Shown here piece after piece: positions 1-7,765 of a stretch of DNA of 64,000 bases (within the stretch, counting starts at the first letter, position 1; each line of letters starts with the position of its first letter). The notes below the pieces were generated by a model. The model searched no databases and had not been told where the DNA came from. It worked only from the letters and a program-made list of their open reading frames with translations. A program made the position numbers and the translations under genes. The DNA lies in the sequence record MN445185.1; one strand, 5' to 3'.

Positions 1-80
1 TATTAAGATCTTAAAACGCGTGCGGGCGCGCGCGTGATCCTTATTAAGAGATCGTGATCGGACGGAAGACCGAGATCGGG
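1..80. repeat. GATC-dense, CG-rich palindromic segment
   Basis: GATC at 7, 36, 50, 56 and 74; TTAAGATCTTAA palindrome (3-14 region); ACGCG..CGCGT inverted repeat; TATTAAGA repeated at 1 and 42. Confidence 0.45.
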
Positions 81-207
81 TACCCTGTGTATTTTTTACG
101 TGGTTTCCCTATCGTGTGTTCAGACCACCACTCGATGTCCAAAAACCCATAGCTTCGGTGGTCGCCTCCCTGGTCGGTAGACTCTGACAAGTCGACCCAC
201 AACACCA

Positions 208-232
208 ACCCGTCCGGGGACGGATTTTTATT
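208..232 (+). terminator. Intrinsic terminator-like hairpin
   Basis: CCGTC-cggg-GACGG followed by ATTTTTATT. Confidence 0.45.
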
Positions 233-287
233 CCAACGACAAGCTCCACGAAAATCCCCGCAGAGGGACTCACTGCTGTGTGACTCA

Positions 288-327
288 CCGGCTCCTGGAC
301 GCCTACGCCTCGAGCCGGTAATTTTTT
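288..327 (+). terminator. Intrinsic terminator-like hairpin
   Basis: CCGGCTC(288-294)/GAGCCGG(312-318) followed by TAATTTTTT. Confidence 0.5.
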
Positions 328-354
328 GATTACGTGAGTTTGTTGTTATATGCG

Positions 355-930
355 AATAGCGATTGACCGCGCCAATGGTCCAATCACTTTTAAACCCTGC
401 ACGCTAGGGCTCCAAGTCCTGGGACTGATACCCAGGACGCTTTTTCGAAAATACCTACCGTGGTGTCTTCGACAAAGCGCAATCTAACACTGCGTGATTT
501 ATTATGTTCTGGAAAACTTTCGCCGTGGAACAGAACCGGTGAGCGTCGGCGGGGATTCCGACAATCACCACCCATTCAGGTACTCGGTAGATAACCGACC
601 TGCCGACGGTGCTACGTCGGGCGTAGTTCGGTTTGCGAGAGTGTCGAGAAAGTCGACTGCGCACCCATGACAAAATCCGAGTTGACCGTGGCAGCGCCAG
701 AGGACTGGGCAGCGGAGAGACGTCGTTGAACTTACCTCCGATAGTTATCGCTGATTCCGCTCTGGCGTCGGGCCAAAACTGATTCGAATTCGGCGTTGCG
801 TCGAAAAGGGGTCTGCGTGTAGAACCGCAGACTTGGGGGATAACTCCAAAGTGGGGTGATCGGATCTTGACGGCTCGGAACAGACGAGAGGGGTGGGTAC
901 TCCCGTTGTGAAACGCCAGTACCTGGCTGA
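355..930 (+). ncRNA. Candidate large structured non-coding RNA (~580 nt); family unknown, strand inferred
   Basis: No credible ORF. Stems: 416-423/431-438, 584-588/594-598 inside 577-580/599-602, 603-608/615-620, 694-702/760-768, 811-817/826-832, and a GNRA hairpin 904-915 inside 896-900/919-923. Confidence 0.5.
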
Positions 931-984
931 TTAAAATTTACAGATTCTGCGTGAGGTATGATAAACCAAACGGAGAATTAAACC

Positions 985-1560
985 ATGAACTTGTATCGCA
1001 TCGGGTTTTACCGGAACGAGGTACCAGAATCGGTTTTGGTTGTCTTAGCCGAAAACGAGGAGCAGGCCAAATCCTTCTGGCCGGTTAGCGCAGAGCGTAC
1101 AGCGGTTGCGTGCTGCTACGACGGTCCAGTTGCCGCAACGGATGTCGCTGCAGGCGTAGTCCTGAAGATGGGCCGATGGGAAGATTACTCCCATCCCGGT
1201 TTGGAGTTTGTTTCCGAACCTGCCAGACATTCCTGGGAATTTCCCTCAGGCAACACCGAGACGTATTTCGGATTTCAGGTTAAACAACCTTCGACGCTCA
1301 AACTGTACCTGGTGTACAGCGACGCCGCTACCGAAGACTACGTCGATTCCGGAATCATCGTCGGGGCAACAACCCCTGCTGCGGCATTCGCACATTGGGA
1401 CGGTGATAAACCCGGAATCGTTTCGGTCTGTGAGCTACCACTTGAAGCCGGTTTGGTTACGAACATCAAGTGTGAGCAAGGCCAGGAGCTGACTTGGATC
1501 CGCCAGGATTACCTGACGGAAACGACATTCGAGTACACACCGAGGAAGGTGACCCAATGA
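985..1560 (+). CDS. Hypothetical protein with two copies of a small domain also found in 2283-2525
   Basis: 191-aa ORF, SD GGAG, stop overlaps next start (ATGA). Confidence 0.8.
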   Translation: MNLYRIGFYRNEVPESVLVVLAENEEQAKSFWPVSAERTAVACCYDGPVAATDVAAGVVLKMGRWEDYSHPGLEFVSEPARHSWEFPSGNTETYFGFQVKQPSTLKLYLVYSDAATEDYVDSGIIVGATTPAAAFAHWDGDKPGIVSVCELPLEAGLVTNIKCEQGQELTWIRQDYLTETTFEYTPRKVTQ

Positions 1561-2048
1561 CGACGATAGCGTTCGACGGAAAAGTCTTAGCTGCTGACGG
1601 TCAGCTGACCCGCGGGTCGAATATCTGCAACCTGAACACCCAGAAGTTATTCATCTGCCCTTCTGACGAGGAATGGTGGATTACTGGTGAACGGATTGTG
1701 GCGTTCGGAGTAAGCGGTGACATCACAGGACAGTTGGCCCTGCTGGAAACGGTCCGCTTGAGACCCGGCTACAAGGGGTTAACACAAAGCTCGCAGTTAC
1801 CTGCGAAGATGGATTTTACTTTCCTGATGCTTTTGGCCTCAGGAAAAGCGATAGTCGGCGGAAAACGTGAAGACGACGTGACGTTGTGGTGGAGTGAAGC
1901 CACACCACCTCTGGCAACCGGAAGCGGTTACGAGTATGCGTTGGGTGCGATGAAGATGGGCGCGAATGCGGTTCGTGCTGTTGAGATTGCGTCCGAATGC
2001 GATATCTACACCGGTGGTGAGATTAGCACTTACGAACTACGGAGGTGA
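1557..2048 (+). CDS. HslV/proteasome-beta-like Ntn (Thr) protease
   Basis: Start at ATG 1557 gives MTTIAFDGKVLAADGQLTRG; Thr1, Asp13 and Lys29 have the same D-K spacing as HslV D17/K33; ATGSG and CDIYTGG motifs. Confidence 0.75.
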   Translation: MTTIAFDGKVLAADGQLTRGSNICNLNTQKLFICPSDEEWWITGERIVAFGVSGDITGQLALLETVRLRPGYKGLTQSSQLPAKMDFTFLMLLASGKAIVGGKREDDVTLWWSEATPPLATGSGYEYALGAMKMGANAVRAVEIASECDIYTGGEISTYELRR

Positions 2049-2051
2049 ATC

Positions 2052-2102
2052 ATGCGGGAGTCAGAAGCACGCAAGCTTGACCCCATCAATCGCCTGCGAT
2101 AA
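2052..2102 (+). CDS. Possible 16-aa small ORF (MRESEARKLDPINRLR)
   Basis: Strong SD GGAGGTG (2041-2047) before ATG 2052; TAA at 2100-2102. Confidence 0.3.
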   Translation: MRESEARKLDPINRLR

Positions 2103-2140
2103 CGGGGTAGCGCATCCGTATAAACACGTTCAAGAATTCT

Positions 2141-2216
2141 AGGAAAGTGACGCAATTGGTAGCGTACCGGTCTCCAAAACCGGCTGTTTAGAGTTCGAGT
2201 CTCTACTTTCCTGCCA
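2141..2216 (+). tRNA. trnW: tRNA-Trp (CCA)
   Basis: Acceptor AGGAAAG/CTTTCCT; anticodon arm CCGGT-CTCCAAA-ACCGG; T arm TAGAG-TTCGAGT-CTCTA; encoded 3' CCA; 76 nt. Confidence 0.97.
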
Positions 2217-2282
2217 CATTTAGCCAACAAGGCCATGATTCAAAGCAGAATGACACCGAATGTCTAACTGCGGAGAATAATC

Positions 2283-2525
2283 ATGAACTTGTATTTGCTA
2301 GAACGAACTGACGATATCGGGTATGATGAATTTGATTCCATAATCGTGGCGGCTCCTACGGAGCAAGCCGCGTGTGCAATTCCTCCCGACCGTGGTCATT
2401 GGATGGACTGCCGCTGGTTACCGAAAGAGCGCTGGGATGAAGGGCTTACCCTGACCGTTACTCTTATCGGTACTACGCACTATCCTGCTGGGACCGTCGT
2501 TCATGAATCGTTCAATGCTGGCTAA
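2283..2525 (+). CDS. Small hypothetical protein, paralogous domain to 985-1560
   Basis: 80 aa, SD GGAG; MNLYLL...SIIVAAPTEQAA pattern. Confidence 0.8.
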   Translation: MNLYLLERTDDIGYDEFDSIIVAAPTEQAACAIPPDRGHWMDCRWLPKERWDEGLTLTVTLIGTTHYPAGTVVHESFNAG

Positions 2526-3300
2526 ACAGTGGGCTTCGGCCCACTAACCCTATTCGAGCCGTGATACTTACTCAGATTGTGCGGGTTGATGTCCCGCATG
2601 AGCCGGTAGCAGCTCAGACCTACGGTAGACCAATAAATCCGTAGCAGCCAGGTACACAAAGCACCAGGTCGCTTGTACAGGATGCTGGGTATCTGACCGG
2701 TCATAACCTCATTCGATACGAGACACGTTTATGCATGAAATACTCCAGTACATCAGGATGTTGATTTCCAACATCCGGTTCTGGGTATTCAGTCATGTTT
2801 GGTTTACAGGCGATGGGTTTTCCCGTAAGGGCCCCACTTACAGACTGGCGTCTCCACGACAACCGTCCCTAGGGGACAGGCAAGCACCGGCCCATTAAGC
2901 CGCTACGCTACGCCTGTAAATCCACAATCTGATAACCGAATGGGATTGAGTTCCCAGTGTTAGGGTGACTGTGTGTCACCGTAGGCGCGGTACCTCATAC
3001 GGCCGGTACGCCACGAATGTACGTGATAGCGGGTGGTGCTTGGAGACGCTAAGACCTGACCTTACGGACAGGCTCAGAAGAAGAAGTCCATCACCTGTAT
3101 TCAGAAATGAATTTAGGTTAATTATTGGAAGTGGCGAAATCACTTACGTGATAACTTAGTAGTATGCAACGAACAATACCAGAGTGACTTTACGAGGTTA
3201 CTGTGGTATATGTCGGTGCGCCGGGCAACGTGTTGCCGCAGATAAGCCCGAGGGAGCTGAGTGCACTAACACACGCCGGGATGCACCGGCACCTTACAAC
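2526..3300 (+). ncRNA. Candidate structured ncRNA region (one or several RNAs)
   Basis: No credible ORF. Stems: 2528-2545 (UUCG loop), 2580-85/2593-98, 2620-25/2639-44, 2756-63/2769-76, 2803-12/2911-20, 2964-69/2975-80, 3212-19/3283-90. Confidence 0.5.
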
Positions 3301-3370
3301 GGCTTTGTAGCTCAGGTAGGTAGAGCAGCCTCTTCGAGGAAGGTCGCTGGTTCGAGACCGGTCAAAGCAA
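3301..3370 (+). ncRNA. tRNA-like RNA lacking an anticodon loop
   Basis: Acceptor GCTTTG/CAAAGC; D arm GCTC-AGGTAGGTA-GAGC; variable loop AGGTC; T arm GCTGG-TTCGAGA-CCGGT; anticodon arm only 13 nt (CCTC-TTC-GAGG); no CCA. Confidence 0.75.
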
Positions 3371-3450
3371 GAGCAGCGAAGTTAGAGGAATTAACACCCG
3401 ACTCATAATCGGATATTTCGACGGTTCGAATCCCTGCCACTTGCTCGCCC
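3371..3450 (+). pseudogene. Degenerate tRNA-Met/Ile2 (CAT)
   Basis: Anticodon arm CCGA-CTCATAA-TCGG; D stem GTTA/TAAC; GGTTCGAATCC T-loop with broken T stem; acceptor GAGCA/TGCTC; ends GCCC rather than CCA. Confidence 0.65.
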
Positions 3451-3452
3451 TA

Positions 3453-3736
3453 TTTGTGTTATCCTTATCCCGAAGGCATTCGAAATAAGACGCGTATCCA
3501 CACACGGGTCAAGGATAACACGAACCACTTCCGCGGTCACCGTGTCCATTGCCGCCTACCTGCATGGGCTGTCCTCCGACACGGTGACTTCGGGCCAAAT
3601 TACAGACCAGGGCCGTTTGGGTTTTTCTTACGCATCCGTCCAGAGCCACCTCGAGCCCTGGTTTGTTCTCCCTTTTCTGTTCCTAGTTAGCCAACTAAAT
3701 CAATTAAGCCTGGTGCGTTGCCCTGGGAACAGAAAA
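3453..3736 (+). ncRNA. Array of four long-stem, large-loop hairpins
   Basis: Stems 3456-66/3511-21, 3536-46/3578-88, 3603-13/3655-65 and 3673-86/3723-36 (11-14 bp); loops 31-41 nt; stems unrelated in sequence. Confidence 0.65.
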
Positions 3737-3828
3737 ACTTATTCGGTTACACACCGAACCCACCCACGAGGGATATGTCGTGGACTACCAATAGAAGCAG
3801 CAATAGTAGAAGTAAGAAGGAAAGCAAC

Positions 3829-4650
3829 ATGTTTACAGTTAAACGTGTGATTGATGGTGACCGCATTATTACCGAACATGAAAAAGTTCGTATCGGTGAC
3901 CGTAAGTCTCGTGTATTCCGCGAGGCATTAAAAATGCTCGAGAACGAGCGATTCGACATTGTTGTCGATGATGAAAAGTTAGCCCTTAATCCGGGGTTAA
4001 AACGCGTTGCCCCTGATGTGCCTGATCCGAACACCATGCATTTGTCTGACTACTGCAGCTGGTCGCACAGATTATATAAAAGTCAGGTTTATGCACACAC
4101 GTATTTGCGGCAGCTTTTCCCCAACCTTATTATCCCCGATTTGGAAACGGTCGAGGTGTTTAACTGCAACGCACGCGAGTTTATTAGCTACGTGCTAGAT
4201 AATAAGGGCAATGCTATCTTGGTACTGGACACAAGTTCCAGTATACCTGATGCTGTGGCTAGCATACGTGGTGAAATCATCGGTTACGGTACTCCCCCAG
4301 AGAAATTAGGCTGGTACAAACCATCTCCTGATAGCGACATGGCGATCATTGTCTACACTCAGGAAGAACTGCAACAAGTCGAATTAGAGCCTGGCCCATC
4401 TATCGAGTTCACTGATGTCCAGGAGCAGTCGCAGTGGATTAACGGTGAGTCTGTTGTTACTGTTTTAAAAGGCGCTCGCCCTGGCGACCGGTCAGTCGAT
4501 GAACTGATTGGCGCAATGTGCATCGAAGAAGAATCTGGATACGATCCTGATAACCAGATCAGTACCGGTGCGTTGTACGAACTGTTTTATAAAGGCGACG
4601 AAGTCTACGTGGTTAACTCTCACGGTAAGACTACCGACGCCCTTCGCTGA
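3829..4650 (+). CDS. Hypothetical protein
   Basis: ORF 3718-4650; better start is ATG 3829 after AAGGA; the upstream extension overlaps the hairpin array. Confidence 0.85.
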   Translation: MFTVKRVIDGDRIITEHEKVRIGDRKSRVFREALKMLENERFDIVVDDEKLALNPGLKRVAPDVPDPNTMHLSDYCSWSHRLYKSQVYAHTYLRQLFPNLIIPDLETVEVFNCNAREFISYVLDNKGNAILVLDTSSSIPDAVASIRGEIIGYGTPPEKLGWYKPSPDSDMAIIVYTQEELQQVELEPGPSIEFTDVQEQSQWINGESVVTVLKGARPGDRSVDELIGAMCIEEESGYDPDNQISTGALYELFYKGDEVYVVNSHGKTTDALR

Positions 4651-4740
4651 ATTAGCTAACGCCCAGTAGCTATGTTCCTGACGATTAGCCCTCGTCTGAC
4701 CTTGTAAGACCTTGTAGATTTACATGCCAACACCAGGGAA

Positions 4741-4793
4741 GTCCTCACTCTTCGGAGTGAGGACAACTCTTTTATTTTTTTTTGTATTCCAAA
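4741..4793 (+). terminator. Intrinsic terminator
   Basis: GTCCTCACTC-TTCG-GAGTGAGGAC, with a T tract starting a few nt downstream. Confidence 0.85.
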
Positions 4794-4800
4794 TATACAC

Positions 4801-4815
4801 AGATAGATATTACCT
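4801..4815 (+). promoter_or_regulatory. Putative early promoter motif
   Basis: AGATAGATATTACCT, one of 8 related copies; contains TATTAC as in phiKZ early promoters. Confidence 0.65.
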
Positions 4816-4874
4816 AAGTGAGATGAGAAAGCCTCATCTGAATTCTCCCAACTCGACTATAAAAGGTATGCATC

Positions 4875-5825
4875 ATGTACAGACCAAGTAATCCTAGCGC
4901 TATTGAAGGATTAAACCAGGATGGCTTCAGCCTCGCAGAAGCAACCCGCATTCGACCTTTCTTACCTCGCAGATTCTTCCCTTTCGGTTCGTTATACAGA
5001 ACGAATTTCGACGCTTGGGAAGCGATACGTGCTGTAAAAGATGCACTACAGTACAAGAACTTCGAATTCCGATTTGTTTTCAAATGGGGCAACGGCGAAT
5101 TGCTCCACCACTTCGGATTCCAACAGAACGAGTTCATTGAGTATACCTCACCTACGTACCACACCAGGTTCTTAAGTATCGAATTCGTTCGCCATTTCGG
5201 CGATGCACTCTTTACGGAACGGGCTACAGATGAAAACCACGGACGTAGGCTGATGTTAACGAACGGCGCACTGCGCATCAAGATGAATCGTTTACGGGAA
5301 GCGTATAACCAGCTTATCAATCCTGAACCGGTAATGTTTCCAACTGTAGCTGATTTGAACATTACACCGCTCCAGTTACCTGTGGATGTGGATAGACCGA
5401 TTCTGGCAATCCACGCTCTCCAGGCAGGCTATGCAAACTGGTATAAAGAGCACAGTCTCCCGAACACCAGATTGAACATCGCACCGTTTGAGTTATGCCT
5501 GTTCTTAACGTTACGCAAACAACTCGAGCCAGAAAACTTAGACTTGCGTTATCTGGCTAAAACAGATAGCGGTAGTTACTACCCAACGACCTGGATGCTA
5601 GCGGCTGTACTACCCGGCGGTGAAATTATCGGTAACCCTGTCACCGATGTTCAACAGTTACCATCACCGTTAGCACCACCGAAGGATTCAATCTATCCAT
5701 ACGCTTCGTGGTACGCGAGCAGTATTGGCGTGAGATGGTTAATGTTACACGTTCCTGAAGAGGTCTATAATTTATTCCCGCATGAGCAATGGCTCCGTGC
5801 GTATGAAAATCGGTTTGGTTGGTAG
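4875..5825 (+). CDS. Hypothetical protein
   Basis: 316-aa ORF between promoter motif and terminator. Confidence 0.85.
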   Translation: MYRPSNPSAIEGLNQDGFSLAEATRIRPFLPRRFFPFGSLYRTNFDAWEAIRAVKDALQYKNFEFRFVFKWGNGELLHHFGFQQNEFIEYTSPTYHTRFLSIEFVRHFGDALFTERATDENHGRRLMLTNGALRIKMNRLREAYNQLINPEPVMFPTVADLNITPLQLPVDVDRPILAIHALQAGYANWYKEHSLPNTRLNIAPFELCLFLTLRKQLEPENLDLRYLAKTDSGSYYPTTWMLAAVLPGGEIIGNPVTDVQQLPSPLAPPKDSIYPYASWYASSIGVRWLMLHVPEEVYNLFPHEQWLRAYENRFGW

Positions 5826-5836
5826 TCGATGCTTTT

Positions 5837-5870
5837 GAGGGAACTTCGGTTCCCTCTTTTTTTTCTTTTT
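5837..5870 (+). terminator. Intrinsic terminator
   Basis: GAGGGAAC-TTCG-GTTCCCTC followed by T tract. Confidence 0.9.
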
Positions 5871-5907
5871 TCACGACTGCCTCAGAATCTTATAGGAGGA
5901 AGTTACC

Positions 5908-6324
5908 ATGATTACGCAGTGCTATTACCAGACGCAAGATTTATTTAAAGCATTGGAAGAAAATAAGTTACCCACGACTTTAAGACCGCAGTGCAGTTAT
6001 TCAAGAATGCTTGCAAGTGAGGTCTTTCCGGTGCTAATGCAGTTGCCTCAATTCCAACCGTGGCTCGACTCGCTAGATGTGGTAGATGTTGTGGCTATCT
6101 ACACTGGGTCAGACACACCAACAATAAATACAAGCGAGTGTTTATCCCGTAGCGAATCGTCGGCGTTAAATGAAATGCCGCAGCTAATGCCTTCTTTATT
6201 CGATTCGATGTGCGCTGCAGTTATGCAGAAACGACTACCTTATGAGGAAGTATTCGCCATTGTGTTAGACAGCATCCACGCAATGAATTATAAACACTAT
6301 AAAACCCTCGGAACCTTACACTGA
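5908..6324 (+). CDS. Hypothetical protein
   Basis: 138 aa, SD AGGAGG. Confidence 0.85.
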   Translation: MITQCYYQTQDLFKALEENKLPTTLRPQCSYSRMLASEVFPVLMQLPQFQPWLDSLDVVDVVAIYTGSDTPTINTSECLSRSESSALNEMPQLMPSLFDSMCAAVMQKRLPYEEVFAIVLDSIHAMNYKHYKTLGTLH

Positions 6325-6391
6325 CTTTTTTACGGCAGGCACCTATCTTGTAGGGAGTCTGTGCTGTAATAGATTCCAAAGGAGATGCTCG

Positions 6392-6781
6392 ATGAAAAAC
6401 AAACTGCGTCCGCTGGACGTGATTATGGCGCATCCGGATACCCTCAAGAAAATTAAAGTGGTCAACGAACTTGACCGTGGTCTCCTGGATACAATTCAAT
6501 GGGGTTTTACTTTCCACCCCGATGAAGAGAACAACACGCGTCAATTAGATGTCTGCGACGGTGTAGAAATTGATTGGTCTTCTAACGAAGGCTTCAACGA
6601 TGTCGTCGATTATGTCAAACAAGCCACCGTTCCACCTGTGTTTCCCGTAGCGGGTTTAGCGGAACACACAATTTCTCTCCGCCGACTGGTTAACGCTCAA
6701 CCGGAAATCGTGCGTGAAGGTGAGGCGTGGACGTCAGGTATTACCCATCATCTTAAGGATGTGCTGGGTGTTGCCGGTTAA
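6392..6781 (+). CDS. Hypothetical protein
   Basis: 129 aa, SD AAGGAG. Confidence 0.85.
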   Translation: MKNKLRPLDVIMAHPDTLKKIKVVNELDRGLLDTIQWGFTFHPDEENNTRQLDVCDGVEIDWSSNEGFNDVVDYVKQATVPPVFPVAGLAEHTISLRRLVNAQPEIVREGEAWTSGITHHLKDVLGVAG

Positions 6782-6832
6782 AAAAGAAGAAGTACCTCTA
6801 CTTGCGTAGAGGTACGGAATCTTTCTTTTTTT
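6781..6832. terminator. Bidirectional terminator
   Basis: GTACCTCTAC-TTGC-GTAGAGGTAC with A tract before and T tract after, between convergent genes. Confidence 0.85.
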
Positions 6833-6833
6833 G

Positions 6834-7646
6834 TTACGACTTGAAGCGTCCACCGTTCATGTAGTTCCAACGGTTTCCGATGTTGTCGTTGTGGACCAGA
6901 CAACGCTGCATTTTCGGCAAGGTGTCTTCGAACATTTGACCTGCGTCCGAGTAACCTTCAATAACGTTTCTGAAGGCACCGAACTCCATACCATTTTCCA
7001 GTTTACCAGAGTCCATGTCGAAGATCATGGTGTTGTAAATATATTGCTTAACAGCCATGACTGCCAGCTCACCTACAACCGGATAGAATGCTGGTTTGAT
7101 TTCGTTCATCTCCTGGGATAGTTCGTACTTCACCACGAGTTTGGTAGAGTAAACGAACATGCCTGGGTCTTTGATACGAATGGTATTCGGACCGAGCACT
7201 TCGACTTCTGGTGAGGCGATGCGCGGCATCGCGGATTGACTATCAACCACTTGTTGAGTGGACGCCAGTACGCCAGAGGTGGCACCGTCCAGATATGAAC
7301 CTGCTGGAGGCATGGTGTACGCCTGTCCGGCAACGGGTGTTACAGAAATGTGGGCATCCAGAATAGGACGACCGCCTGTTTTGATGTCGTCGAGATAATA
7401 CACGCGACTGAAATAATCTTGCGTGTCGTTATCCCAAGGGACACCTTGCAAATCTACTTCTTGATACTGCCCCATTCTCGAGATTTCAGGGACCAGAATC
7501 TCACGAATAACACGTTGTTGGATTTCGTTATCTACAGAGCTTGCAATTCCCAGTAACTTGAGGTTTTCTGGAACAAAAGCCGCCTGTAGAATCGGGGCAG
7601 GGATATGCTGTCTGATTTTACGCAGACAGTAGTCGATAACATTCAT
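6834..7646 (-). CDS. Conserved phiKZ-like probable virion protein (SPN3US gp8 position)
   Basis: ORF 6834-7676; ATG 7646 (MNVIDY) follows SD AGGAG; upstream TATG late-promoter motif at 7682-7679; identity from synteny. Confidence 0.8.
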   Translation of the reverse strand: MNVIDYCLRKIRQHIPAPILQAAFVPENLKLLGIASSVDNEIQQRVIREILVPEISRMGQYQEVDLQGVPWDNDTQDYFSRVYYLDDIKTGGRPILDAHISVTPVAGQAYTMPPAGSYLDGATSGVLASTQQVVDSQSAMPRIASPEVEVLGPNTIRIKDPGMFVYSTKLVVKYELSQEMNEIKPAFYPVVGELAVMAVKQYIYNTMIFDMDSGKLENGMEFGAFRNVIEGYSDAGQMFEDTLPKMQRCLVHNDNIGNRWNYMNGGRFKS

Positions 7647-7765
7647 TCTAAGGCTCCTATGAAGCTCGTAGGACAACTCATACCATCGGGTAATGCTATC
7701 CCATTACCTGACATTAAAATACGTTTTACGACCTTTATGTGCGCACCATACTCGAAGAAATTTTG

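Noticed and set aside
500-750. Group I intron-like words in the first structured region (GTTCTGGAAAA, AATCACCAC, GACTG/TAGTT)
   Set aside because: Matches to P/Q/R/S are poor, P7 is weak, and there is no flanking split gene
851-880. tmRNA-like 5' end (GGGGTGATCGGATCTTGAC)
   Set aside because: No matching T arm, acceptor 3' half or CCA found, and no tag ORF
2556-2620. Group II intron domain V (GAGCCGTGA...)
   Set aside because: The rest of the D5 helix and D6 are absent, and there is no RT ORF
3453-3736. CRISPR array interpretation of the hairpin array
   Set aside because: No direct repeats, since the four stems differ in sequence, and no cas genes in the window
3454-3850. ORFs 3454-3690, 3542-3850 and the 5' extension 3718-3828
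   Set aside because: No SD, atypical composition, and they coincide with the RNA stems
4698-4717. GACCTTGTA direct repeat
   Set aside because: Only two short copies, with no supporting context
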